Both the position numbers and the translations under genes were made by a program. Positions 54,674-64,000 of a stretch of DNA of 64,000 bases are shown one piece after another. Every line of letters starts with the position of its first letter. Within the stretch, counting starts at the first letter, position 1. The notes under the pieces were generated by a model. That model worked only from the letters and a program-made list of their open reading frames with translations, was not told the origin of the DNA and ran no database searches. The DNA is from Candidatus Latescibacterota bacterium. Lineage in GTDB: Bacteria; Latescibacterota; UBA2968; UBA8231. Location of the stretch: contig CBDCSU010000006.1 of NCBI GenBank assembly GCA_965221775.1, forward strand, positions 1,184,001 to 1,248,000, given 5' to 3'.

Positions 54674-56701
54674 TCAGGCGGACAGCTCCCGTCTCTGCTC
54701 GGCGATGCGGAACTTCAGCTTCTTGCTCGGTTTGAGCGACGGAAAGGGACTGAAACGGAGCTTGTACTTCGCTGGCGACACCTCGATCGTGAAGTAGTGC
54801 GCCAGCATCAGCAAGTTGGCCGCCAGGTGCAGCTCCATCCACCGGGTGCCCAGACACTTGTGCGTACCCAGCCCGTACGGGGCGTACCCGGGGCTGCGAT
54901 GCTCATGGCGCGGGGCCAGGTAGCGGTCGATGTCGAACTTCCAGGGATCCGGAAAGACCTCGCTCATGTAATGCGTGGCGGTCATGGCGATGTGGACCCG
55001 TTCGCCCACGCGCAGCTCGTAGTCCTCGACCACGCACGCATTCATCACGTTCCGCATGGACATGGAGACGATGGGGTACATGCGCAGGCACTCCATGAGG
55101 AAGCGGTGCGTCACGTCGATCCTGTCGGGGGTGAAGTCCTCTCTCTCGGGGTCGCCCTTGGCGAACAGGGCATCCGCTTCGGTCTGGATTCTGGCGTAGA
55201 GGTCGGGCTGGGACGCCATGGCGTAGACTACGAGGCTGAACGTATCGCCGAGGTAAACGCTGGCAATCAAGGCCGCGGAAAAGGCGAAGAGCAGGTTGGA
55301 CTCCGGGAGAAACTGCGGGTCGCTGGCGTGCAGGCTGAGGTAATCGTCCACGAGGTCCCGCGGGAGGTCCGCCCGTTGGGCGGGGGTATGGATGCCCTGG
55401 ATCCGCTGCATCAGGGTGTCCAGGGCTTTCGCCCGGCGTCTCATGCCCGGGGTGTTCAGCATGAATCGGGGCAGGAGCTTGGCGATGTGCACGCTGAGGG
55501 CCCGTTCCTTGTAGGCCATCAGGTCGTCCATGAGGTCCTGGGTGTCGACGCTGAGGAACAGGGGCGAGAGCTGGGCGTTCACCATCCCCCGGCACATGGA
55601 CGTGGCGCGGTAGGAGTCCCCAACCGTCAAGCTCGCCATGTACTTGCGCCCCTGATTGTAGAGCTGGTCCAGCTGCTCTCCCAGCCTCGCGCCGGAAAAG
55701 GCCGGGGACAAGGACTTGCGAAGCCGGAAGTGATCGGCGCCGTCCAGGGCGGGCAGGACGCCGGCCGCGCCGTAGACCTTCTCGAAGTCGCTGAAGTAGT
55801 CCCTGCATCTCAGGTACATGCGCCCGCGCTTGTGCACCCAGCGGTTTGTCTCGAGTCCGGCCAGGAAGATCATGGGCTCCGAGAAGGGAGGGCGGATCTG
55901 GAACACCGGACCGTACTCCTCCGCAAGGCTCCCGAAGAGCGCGTTCAGGTTGCCGTCTCGAACATGCGGGTTCATCATCAGCTTGGGCAGCGAAACCGCC
56001 GGGATCTTCCTGGTAAGGGGGGGACGTTGAAGGGCCGGGCCGGTGAGGTTCTGAGAGACCGCAGCGGCCAGGGAGCGGCCGATCAGGTCCATCTTGCAGA
56101 TGAACTCGATGCGCTCTTCCGCCTCGTCGTCAAGTTCGAATATGAAGCGAAAGACGTCGCACGTATTGATGAGGCAGATAATGATGACATCTCTCGGATC
56201 GGGAATCTTGTCGGTGAAGATGACCCTGCTGATACGCGTCTTTATGAACTGGCCCGCAGTGCCCTCCTCCGACCTGCCGTACAGTTTCCCATGCCAAACA
56301 GTAGGAGCCAGCGTCCAGAAATCGCCGTCGTGGTATTCCAGGATCTTCAGGTCAACCAGGCGATCCAGAACCGAATCGATGATCGACTCCGCACGGGGAG
56401 CGAGCCGTTCAATCCAGTACTGGGCGTTCCGTTGAACAGATTCGGCTGCAATTTCTTTCAGAATGGGGTCCAGGGCAGGGTTGCCTGTTTCCGACGCGTC
56501 CACGAGGAACAGGGATTCCATGTCCGTGTCGATGCGAGATCTGAGTGAAAGCTCCGCGAGCACGGCACCGACCAGGGCACAGTTCAGATGCCAGCCGGGT
56601 ACCTGATGAAAGTAGCCGGTCTCCTCGTTGAGGAGCATCAGGATGAGCTCTTGAGTCAGAGTCAGCGGTTGGGGCGTCAAACCCTCCGTAGTGTCAGTCA
56701 T
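54674..56701 (-). CDS. GPP34/GOLPH3-domain - cytochrome P450 fusion
   Basis: N-terminal LTLTQELILMLLNEETG...ALVGAVLAELSLRSRI...TGNPALDPIL; C-terminal ECLRMYP (ExxR), FDIDRY, PYGLGTHKCLG heme motif. Confidence 0.85.
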   Translation of the reverse strand: MTDTTEGLTPQPLTLTQELILMLLNEETGYFHQVPGWHLNCALVGAVLAELSLRSRIDTDMESLFLVDASETGNPALDPILKEIAAESVQRNAQYWIERLAPRAESIIDSVLDRLVDLKILEYHDGDFWTLAPTVWHGKLYGRSEEGTAGQFIKTRISRVIFTDKIPDPRDVIIICLINTCDVFRFIFELDDEAEERIEFICKMDLIGRSLAAAVSQNLTGPALQRPPLTRKIPAVSLPKLMMNPHVRDGNLNALFGSLAEEYGPVFQIRPPFSEPMIFLAGLETNRWVHKRGRMYLRCRDYFSDFEKVYGAAGVLPALDGADHFRLRKSLSPAFSGARLGEQLDQLYNQGRKYMASLTVGDSYRATSMCRGMVNAQLSPLFLSVDTQDLMDDLMAYKERALSVHIAKLLPRFMLNTPGMRRRAKALDTLMQRIQGIHTPAQRADLPRDLVDDYLSLHASDPQFLPESNLLFAFSAALIASVYLGDTFSLVVYAMASQPDLYARIQTEADALFAKGDPEREDFTPDRIDVTHRFLMECLRMYPIVSMSMRNVMNACVVEDYELRVGERVHIAMTATHYMSEVFPDPWKFDIDRYLAPRHEHRSPGYAPYGLGTHKCLGTRWMELHLAANLLMLAHYFTIEVSPAKYKLRFSPFPSLKPSKKLKFRIAEQRRELSA

Positions 56702-59700
56702 CAGCCTTCACTCCCTGCGTCTGCACCGGGGACGCGCCGGGAGCCGGAAGGGCCGCTCGAGGCCGTCAGACGCGAGTGGATGGTGGAAAGAGCGGGAACG
56801 ACCATCATCAGTACGGCGGTGACAATGAGAATGCCGCAACCGAGGGATGCGGCAAAGGGGATCAGGAACTGGGCCTGAATGGCGCGTTCCAGAATGAGGG
56901 GCGTGAAGCCGAGGAAGGTGGTCACGGAAGTGAGCATGATCGGACGAAAGCGGCCCTTGGCGCCCTCGATGATCGCTGTTCGCGCCGGGGCCCCGTCCCT
57001 GAGTTTCTGATCGATGAAATCGATCATGACCAGGGAATCGTTCACGACAACCCCGCTCAGGCCGAAGATACCCATGAAGGATACCGCGCTCAAGGCCACT
57101 CCCAGGACCCAGTGGCCCAGGATCACCCCGATGAACCCGAAGGGGATGACGGCCATGATGATGAGGGGCTTGGTATAGGAGCGAAGTGGAATGGCGAGGA
57201 GCGCGAAGATCATGATCAGGGCGATGGCGAACCCCCGGTACAGGGCATCCAGGGACTCGAGTTGCTGTTGCTGCTCCCCTCCGAAGCTGTATGTCAGGTC
57301 AGGGTGCACGGCGGTCAGGCCCGGGAGGATCGAATTGGCCAGGATGTCGTTGGCTTCGTCACCGGAAATCACCGAAGCATCGACGTCCGCCGTGACCGTG
57401 ACGACGCGCTGGCCGTCCTTCCGTCGGATGGCCGGCGGCGACACGCCCGGGCTCAGGGAGGCCACACTCATGACCGGGACCTCGGCCCCGCCCGGGGTGC
57501 GGACCAGGTACCCTTCGACATCGGTGATGGAGTCACGCTCATGGGCGGGGAGGCGCACGTAGACCCGGACCTCTTCCCGGCCGCGCTGCACCCGAACCGC
57601 CTCTGCGCCGAAGAACGCGGCGCGCGCCTGCCCGGCCAGCTCCTGGAGCGTGAGACCGAGGGTGCGCGCTTCCGGCCGGAGCTCCAGTTGCACCTCCGGG
57701 ATGCCCGGCGTGTGATCCGAACGTATGTCGTAGACGCCTCCCACACTTCGGAGGCCTTCGACCACCGAGTCCGCGATCTCGGCGAGAAGCTCCGGGTCCG
57801 GATGCGACAGCACGGCCTCCACGGCGTTGCCCAAGGTGAAGACCTCGGCGCTGAAGGTGATGCCGCGCACATGGGGCAGGACTCCCACCTCCTCCCGCCA
57901 CGCCTGCACGACCTCTCCGGTGGAGATCTGTCTCTGCTGCGCGCCCAGGAGCTTGAACTCGATGGTGGCGATATTGGCTTGGGGATTGAGTGTGGGCTCC
58001 GGGTTGAGCCCGCCCTCGAGTCTCGACCCCTGTCCGACGGTCACCGTCACACCGGTCAGCAGCGGTGGCGCGTCCCCGGGCCGGCCGAGGGAGAGTCGTT
58101 CGATGACCCGGTGGCCTGCGGCCTCCAGTTCCCGCGCCACTTCGTACGTCCTCGGAGCGGTCGCCCCATCGGGCATCTCCAGGACGACCGTCGCGATATC
58201 CCCCTCCACCTCAGCGGCCAGCGTGGTAGGAACGATGCCCGCGGGCAACAGGGAGATGCTCAGCACGAGCATTCCCACGGCCCCCGCCATCGTCACCCCG
58301 GGCTGGTCCGTGGCGAACCTCAGGGCCCGGTCCAGAGGCCCTTGCAGGAACCTGTTCAGCAGCGCGTTCACGCGCCCCTGGAGCCGCGCGAAGAACCGGT
58401 CGAAGGCATTGGCCGGCTCCCACTCCGGGCCGTGCAAATGGGACAGGTGGTTGGGCAGCACCAGCAGCGATTCGACCAGGGAAACCAGCAGCATGGCGAT
58501 GATGATGATCGGCAGGGCCCGCCAGACGTCACCGACGCCTCCCGGGATGAACAGCAAGGGGACGAAGGCCACCACCGAAGTGAGGACGGCGAAGGTCAAG
58601 GGCACCTTGATCCGCCGTACGCCTCGGATCGCGGCCGCGACCCCGGGGGTCCCCCGCTTGCGTTCCGATTGAATGTGCTCGGCCACGACGATGGCATCGT
58701 CGACGATGATGCCGATGGCGAGGACGAAGGAGAACAGGCTGATGGTGTTGATCGCCACGTCGAGTGCCATCATGATGGCGAGGGCGCCCATACCAGAAAC
58801 GGCGAGGCCCACGGCGACCCAGAGGGCGAGCCGGATTTCGAGAAACAGGCTGAGTGCGATCAGCACCAGCACCAGCCCCAGGAGCCCGTTCTTGAGGAGG
58901 AGATCGGCGCGTTCCTCGTAGACTTGGGATTCGTCATTCCACATGGTGACGCCCACACCGTCCGGCAGGGCCGGGATCACCTCGTCCGCCAGGTGCTCGC
59001 GGACGGTCCTGGCCACGTCCATCACCTGCTCGCCATCGGCCCGGTAGACCTCGACGAAGACGGCGGGGTGGTTCTGATGCCGCACGATCAGGTCCGCTTC
59101 CTGGAAACCGTCGCGGACCTCGGCGATATCTCCAAGGCGCAGGACCGTGCCGTCACGGCCGCTGAGGAGGACGACCTCCTCGAAGTCCTTCTGGTCGTAG
59201 TTCTGGCCGAGGGTGCGGACCCTCACCTGGGATTCCCGGGTATCGATGCTGCCGGCGGACAGGTCCAGGGAACTCCGGCGAATCGTGTCGGCGATGTCGG
59301 TGAGCGTGAGTCCGAGGGCCCGCAGGCGGTGGAGGGGCACCTCGATGGAGATCTCGTAGCTCCGGACACCGCTGACCTCGACCTGGGAGACGGAGGGGAG
59401 CGTCGTGAGGTCGTCCTCGATCTGGTACGCCAGTTCCTTCAGCGCGCGCTCGGAGACGTCGCCGTGGACGATGAGCCGCATCATGCTCAGGCGGTTGTCC
59501 ATCTCCCGGAACAGGGGACGTTCGGCGCCGGCCGGGAAGGACTGTATTCGATTGACCGCGGACTCGATATCGTCCAAGGCCCGGGCCATGTCCGTATCGA
59601 AAGCCATTTGAACCCGCACCGAGGCCATACCCGGGGCGGCTACGGACTTGACCGCCTTCACGTCATCCAGCCCGCTGACCTGGTCCTCGATCCTGACGAC

Positions 59701-59922
59701 GATCGACTCCTCGATCTCCTCCGGTGTGGCGCCGGGATAGGCCATCGAGACTTCGATATGGTAGAATGGGGTCGTGGGCCAGGCTTCCCGCTCGATACCG
59801 GTCAGCGCCACCACCCCGGCGGCGACGATGGCCCACATCAACAGGTTGGCGGCCACACCGTTGCCGGCCATGTAGGCGATCGGGCCGGGCCGTTCCTCGT
59901 GATTGCCGTTGCCGGGACTCAT
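56701..59922 (-). CDS. RND efflux permease (AcrB/HAE1-like)
   Basis: YPGATPEEIE, GIIVDDAIVVAE, GVVVNDSLV, RFRPIMLTS; 1073 aa. Confidence 0.95.
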   Translation of the reverse strand: MSPGNGNHEERPGPIAYMAGNGVAANLLMWAIVAAGVVALTGIEREAWPTTPFYHIEVSMAYPGATPEEIEESIVVRIEDQVSGLDDVKAVKSVAAPGMASVRVQMAFDTDMARALDDIESAVNRIQSFPAGAERPLFREMDNRLSMMRLIVHGDVSERALKELAYQIEDDLTTLPSVSQVEVSGVRSYEISIEVPLHRLRALGLTLTDIADTIRRSSLDLSAGSIDTRESQVRVRTLGQNYDQKDFEEVVLLSGRDGTVLRLGDIAEVRDGFQEADLIVRHQNHPAVFVEVYRADGEQVMDVARTVREHLADEVIPALPDGVGVTMWNDESQVYEERADLLLKNGLLGLVLVLIALSLFLEIRLALWVAVGLAVSGMGALAIMMALDVAINTISLFSFVLAIGIIVDDAIVVAEHIQSERKRGTPGVAAAIRGVRRIKVPLTFAVLTSVVAFVPLLFIPGGVGDVWRALPIIIIAMLLVSLVESLLVLPNHLSHLHGPEWEPANAFDRFFARLQGRVNALLNRFLQGPLDRALRFATDQPGVTMAGAVGMLVLSISLLPAGIVPTTLAAEVEGDIATVVLEMPDGATAPRTYEVARELEAAGHRVIERLSLGRPGDAPPLLTGVTVTVGQGSRLEGGLNPEPTLNPQANIATIEFKLLGAQQRQISTGEVVQAWREEVGVLPHVRGITFSAEVFTLGNAVEAVLSHPDPELLAEIADSVVEGLRSVGGVYDIRSDHTPGIPEVQLELRPEARTLGLTLQELAGQARAAFFGAEAVRVQRGREEVRVYVRLPAHERDSITDVEGYLVRTPGGAEVPVMSVASLSPGVSPPAIRRKDGQRVVTVTADVDASVISGDEANDILANSILPGLTAVHPDLTYSFGGEQQQQLESLDALYRGFAIALIMIFALLAIPLRSYTKPLIIMAVIPFGFIGVILGHWVLGVALSAVSFMGIFGLSGVVVNDSLVMIDFIDQKLRDGAPARTAIIEGAKGRFRPIMLTSVTTFLGFTPLILERAIQAQFLIPFAASLGCGILIVTAVLMMVVPALSTIHSRLTASSGPSGSRRVPGADAGSEG

Positions 59923-61097
59923 GGCGCGGGGTCGGCCTCCGTGAGGACGCGCATGCCCTCGGTGGCGAACCGGATTCCGCCGGTGACTACCGTGCCGCCG
60001 CCTTCCAGGCCGCCGGTGACGAATACCCGGTCGTCGGCGCGCTGAAGCACGCGCACCGGAACGATGCTCACCACCCCGTCCTTCACCGTCCAGACCTCGT
60101 CGCCCGGCTGGAGGGCTGCTCTCGGCACCTTGAAGTAATCATCCGGCGCCAGGCCCTCGATCTCCACCTCCACGAAGGCACCCACGAGCAACGGATGCAC
60201 GCCCGCCGGGAACGGGTCCGTCACGCGCACGATCACGTCGATGGTGCGCGTTCGCGCGTCGAGGGCCGCCTCGCCCCGATCGACGTAGCCCTCCCAGGCA
60301 TGACTCCCGCCGCGCGACGGGGCGACCACCCGGGCCGCCACCCGCCGGTCCCCATCCCCCGGCGCGAGTTCCCACAGCCCCGGGATCAGGGCCGCGTCGG
60401 CATCGGAGACGGGCACCACCACCTCCACCGCATCCGCGGCGAAGAGGCGCCCCACGCTCTGTCCGGGCGCGAGAATCTGTCCCACGTCGACGGACTCGTC
60501 GCGCACGAAGCCGTCGAAGGGCGCGGTCACCCGTGTCCTGGAAAGGGAGAGCTCCGCGTCGGCCAGCCGTGCCTGGTCGCGCTCGAGGGCGGCACGGGCC
60601 GCCTCCAGTTGCGGCTCCCTCAGGGTGAGGGGACTGGCGGCCGGCGCCGAAGATGCACTCCCCTGCCGCTCGGAGTAGAGCCGGTACTGGTCGCGGGCGA
60701 TGGCGGCCCGTTCCTCTTCCTCGAGCAGGGCCACGCGGCGGGCGGCGAGATTGGCCTCGGCTTCCTGCACCCGGTGGAGGTAGTCCGCCTCTTCGATGCG
60801 GAACAGCGCCTGGCCCGCCTTCACCCGGCCCCCGCTCTGGAATCCCGGGTCCACCCACACGACTCGCCCGCCCACCTGCGGCGCCACGTCGATCTCCGCG
60901 CTCGGCCTCACGGTGCCGGCCCCGTACACGGGTATGGCGCCGGACCCGGCCGTTACCCGGCCCGTCTGGGCGAAGGGGATCTGCGGCGGCGGCTCGGTGC
61001 GGGCCGGCTCGGGGGCCATGGAGACCAGGAGGGCCGCCAGGCCCACGGCAACGACGAGGATGGCGGCGGCGGCGACGAGGCTGCGGATGCGGGACAT
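59919..61097 (-). CDS. RND periplasmic adaptor (MFP) subunit
   Basis: N-terminal TM, PQVGGRV, TAPFDG, VPRAAL, GLEGG.TVVT; ATG 61097. Confidence 0.92.
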   Translation of the reverse strand: MSRIRSLVAAAAILVVAVGLAALLVSMAPEPARTEPPPQIPFAQTGRVTAGSGAIPVYGAGTVRPSAEIDVAPQVGGRVVWVDPGFQSGGRVKAGQALFRIEEADYLHRVQEAEANLAARRVALLEEEERAAIARDQYRLYSERQGSASSAPAASPLTLREPQLEAARAALERDQARLADAELSLSRTRVTAPFDGFVRDESVDVGQILAPGQSVGRLFAADAVEVVVPVSDADAALIPGLWELAPGDGDRRVAARVVAPSRGGSHAWEGYVDRGEAALDARTRTIDVIVRVTDPFPAGVHPLLVGAFVEVEIEGLAPDDYFKVPRAALQPGDEVWTVKDGVVSIVPVRVLQRADDRVFVTGGLEGGGTVVTGGIRFATEGMRVLTEADPAP

Positions 61098-61104
61098 GGG
61101 CGAC

Positions 61105-62649
61105 TTACTCCGTGGAGGTCGGCGGCGGGGTAGCGGCAGCCGCGCTGCTCTGCCGGATGGCTTCCCGGTTGTCGGCGGTCCACGCGCCGCCCAGCGCGCG
61201 GTGCAGCGCGAGGCGGGCGTAGCCGAGGTCACGTTCGGCGGCCGCCTGCGCGGCCTGCGCGCCGAGGAGAGTCTGCGATGCGGCCAGGAAAGCCTCGTAC
61301 CCGCCGACCCCGGAGAGGTACCGCCGCTCCTGCAACCCCGCTTCGGCCCCGGCCTCCTCTGCCAGCGAGACCAGCAGCGAGTGGCGGCGGCGGCTGGCCT
61401 CCAGACCGGCGAGAGCGGCCTCGACCTCGTTGACCGCGGTCACCACGGCCCGCCCGTAGGCGGCGGCCGCCTCATCCAGCCGGGCCTCGGCGAGAGCGAC
61501 ATTGCCGCGAAGGCGTGAACCCTGGAAAACCGGGCCGAGCAGGTTCAGGCTGAGATTCCGGAACCACTGATCCGGGTCGAACCACTCGTCCGCCTCGGTG
61601 CTCTGCACTCCGATGGAGCCGTGCAGGGACAGTCGCGGCAGCAGGTCCGCGCGGCGGGCGCCGACGGTGTACCGGGCCGCTTCCGCCCGCTGCCTGGCGG
61701 CGCCGACGTCGGGCCGCTGCGCCAGGAGGCCGGCGGGAATGCCGGCCGGGACCGGCTCCAGCGCCGCGGCAGGGGTCAGCGGGCCGGGCAGCCTGTCCGC
61801 GAGGTCGGCGCGGTAACCTCCCAGGAGCACCCACAGCCGCCCCTCCGCATCGGCCAGCAGGGCCTCGATCTGCGGCAGCCCGGCCTGCGTGTTGCGCAGA
61901 TGGCGCCGCGCCGCATGGAGGCCGCCCGCATCGCTCAGGCCGCGGCCATAGCGGGACTCGGCAAGGGACTCCTGGTGCCGCAGGATCTCCACGATCTCGC
62001 CGGTCAGCCTCCGCTGCCGGCGCAGGTTGGCGATCTCGAGGTAGGTCCGCACGGTCTCGGCCAGCACCCCCATGCGGGCTGTGAGGTAGTCGGACTCCGA
62101 GGCCAGCCGCGCGGCCCCGGCGGCGAGGGCGTCGTTTCGGTTCCGGCCCCAGAAGTCGAGCTCGTAGGCGACTTCCGCGGCGGCGGTATAGGTGGTCAGT
62201 CCGAGACGGTCGGGGAGAACGAGTCCGGATGCACCCAGACCGGACTCCAGGCCCAGTTCGTCGAATTGGGCGCCGATGCCCGCATTGGTGGGTGTGTCGG
62301 AGTCGCTGACGCCGACCGAGGGCTGAAGGAGCGGAAAGACCGGGGCCCTGGCGATGCGGGCCCGGGCCCTGGCCTGATCGACCCGGGCCACCGCCGCGGC
62401 CAGGTCGAAGTTCGAGGCGAGCACCTCCGCGATCACCCGGTCGAGCATCGGGTCGGAAAAGCTCTTCCACCACTCCCGCGGCTCGTAGGGACCGGCCGCT
62501 TCCCCGCCGGCGAACCCGGCCGGCAGCTCCTCCACCGACTCGAGGACCGGGGGGGTCTGCTTCGGTGCAAGGGAGCAGGCGGAGATGAGACAGCCGACGA
62601 TGGCCGGCCTCAGCAATCCGGAAACCTGGTTCCTCCCATAGCAGGCCAT
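61105..62649 (-). CDS. outer-membrane efflux lipoprotein (TolC/NodT family)
   Basis: LISAC lipobox, WWKSFSDP, YELDFWGR, LLAQRPDV, LHRALGGAW. Confidence 0.93.
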   Translation of the reverse strand: MACYGRNQVSGLLRPAIVGCLISACSLAPKQTPPVLESVEELPAGFAGGEAAGPYEPREWWKSFSDPMLDRVIAEVLASNFDLAAAVARVDQARARARIARAPVFPLLQPSVGVSDSDTPTNAGIGAQFDELGLESGLGASGLVLPDRLGLTTYTAAAEVAYELDFWGRNRNDALAAGAARLASESDYLTARMGVLAETVRTYLEIANLRRQRRLTGEIVEILRHQESLAESRYGRGLSDAGGLHAARRHLRNTQAGLPQIEALLADAEGRLWVLLGGYRADLADRLPGPLTPAAALEPVPAGIPAGLLAQRPDVGAARQRAEAARYTVGARRADLLPRLSLHGSIGVQSTEADEWFDPDQWFRNLSLNLLGPVFQGSRLRGNVALAEARLDEAAAAYGRAVVTAVNEVEAALAGLEASRRRHSLLVSLAEEAGAEAGLQERRYLSGVGGYEAFLAASQTLLGAQAAQAAAERDLGYARLALHRALGGAWTADNREAIRQSSAAAATPPPTSTE

Positions 62650-62757
62650 CTCCCTACCCTCTCGCGGCGACGGCAGCGGGGCACACCAAAGCCTCTGTCA
62701 TCTTGCCGTGACCTTCCGAAGTGTACGCAATCAAGGGAAATCCGGCATGGTTGCGGG

Positions 62758-64000
62758 TCAGGACCCCGGCGAGTCGACGAACTGGAAGGCGTACAACTTG
62801 CAGTCGCGCATGACGAAACGGATCCGGACGGGTGTCCCGGACAACGGGCCGACATCCCCGCCCTTCTTCCAGCGGACGGGCATGCGCACCGAGTTGCCGC
62901 AGATCCAGGAGGCGTCGCGCTCCGTGTACCCGCCGAGGGGACGTCCCTCCGCATCCTGAAGCTCGACGCGCACGGCGCCGCCGCCGCCGGTGTCGAGGTT
63001 CAGCTCCAGACGCCGGCCCTCGAAGCGGACGACGGGCGTGACGATCTCGCCGCCGCCGTAGCCCGCATCCGCCGACACGAACCCGTCGAGCCGCAGGATG
63101 GCCCGGCCGATGCCGGAGAGGTGGCCCCCGCCCGCCGGGTCGACGAGGCCGTCGTGGTCGCGGTTGGTGCCGCTGTAGTAGATCCAGATCTCGTCACCCC
63201 TTCGCACCGGCTGCGGCATGGCCCAGACCATGCGCGAGGAGAAGCCGCCTTCGGGCCCCGGGCTCAGGAAGGGCCGCCGTCCGCCGCAGCGCAGGAAGTT
63301 CACTCCGTCGCGGCTCACCGACAGACGCGCGTCGAAGCGGCTGGGGCCGTAGATCTGCTGTGTCTCTGTGCGCGGGACGTCCATGTCGTCGCGGACCGTG
63401 GTCACCACCGGCTCGCGGTTGAACCAGTACCAGTTGGCGTTGGCCAGCATGACGTACACGCCGTGGGCGTCCGGGTACTTGAAGACGGTGGCGCCGTAGT
63501 AGTCCATCGGCGTCCTGCCGTACGGCTTCTCCGGCGCCGTGGGATCCAGCGGCGCCCCGGTCTCGTACGTCGCCAGGTCTTCCTCGTCCGGCCACATGAC
63601 CGTCTTCTGGTTCTCCCAGTTGACCAGATCGTCGGATTCGAGACGCCGGACCGTCCGGTAGTTCTCGTTGCCGGTGGCGGTGGTGTGGCGTTTGGCGACC
63701 CAGCGGCGGGTGTAGAGGACGTAGCGCCCGATGGCGGGGTCCCGGAAGATGATGCTCTGCGTATCCCAGCCGCCGCGGTGCGGAAGCTGCATGCGGCGAA
63801 GGAACTTCCAGTGGATTCCGTCGGGCGAGCCGTGCATGTGGAACTGCATCGCCACATCCGGATTGTAGACCTTCGACTGGTTCTTGTAGCGCTCCTCCGG
63901 CGGGGCCTTCGGGTCGATCCAGACCGAGCTGCCGCCGATCTTGCCCGGGATGACGACGTTGTTGGCCGTCGACCCGCCTTCGTCGATGAGGTTCAGCTCC
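62758..64000 (-). CDS. hypothetical beta-propeller glycosidase-like protein, 5'-truncated by window edge
   Basis: Frame open to the window edge; SPDGIHW, SDDLVNW, SRDGVNF repeats, LRLDGFVS, KLYAFQF C-terminus. Confidence 0.7.
   Translation of the reverse strand, partial: ELNLIDEGGSTANNVVIPGKIGGSSVWIDPKAPPEERYKNQSKVYNPDVAMQFHMHGSPDGIHWKFLRRMQLPHRGGWDTQSIIFRDPAIGRYVLYTRRWVAKRHTTATGNENYRTVRRLESDDLVNWENQKTVMWPDEEDLATYETGAPLDPTAPEKPYGRTPMDYYGATVFKYPDAHGVYVMLANANWYWFNREPVVTTVRDDMDVPRTETQQIYGPSRFDARLSVSRDGVNFLRCGGRRPFLSPGPEGGFSSRMVWAMPQPVRRGDEIWIYYSGTNRDHDGLVDPAGGGHLSGIGRAILRLDGFVSADAGYGGGEIVTPVVRFEGRRLELNLDTGGGGAVRVELQDAEGRPLGGYTERDASWICGNSVRMPVRWKKGGDVGPLSGTPVRIRFVMRDCKLYAFQFVDSPGS

Overview
High-GC bacterial chromosomal window. 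The host is probably an FCB-superphylum lineage such as Latescibacterota or Gemmatimonadota, inferred from a FlgD/T9SS-type C-terminal sorting domain and the gene repertoire. 1-22.5 kb is mostly housekeeping and catabolic: UxaA-like, Ldh2, carA, a histone-H1-like SWIB protein, proC-hisH-hisF-proB-ftsB-recO-glyS, tRNA-Leu-tig-clpP-clpX-engB-serA-purA-prpB-prpC, and a small PLP enzyme/aldolase/lyase cluster. 22.6-35.6 kb is an accessory defence island with decayed toxin-antitoxin remnants, a translationally coupled three-gene operon and an ABC-ATPase + PIN-like pair. In that operon a Druantia DruA (DUF4338)-like domain is fused to a DptF/DndF-like P-loop NTPase, followed by DptG-like and DptH-like (PD-(D/E)xK nuclease + HerA/FtsK ATPase) genes; no phosphorothioation genes or DruE are in the window. 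35.6-52.4 kb holds polB, a repeat-containing redoxin, a sialidase, secreted/outer-membrane proteins and pip. 52.4-62.7 kb is a second accessory cluster: a TolC-MFP-RND exporter coupled to a GPP34(GOLPH3)-P450 fusion and a sterol-C24-methyltransferase-like gene, facing a Rieske oxygenase, i.e. a candidate sterol/lipid modification-and-export system. All calls come from motif recognition by eye; no database searches were run.
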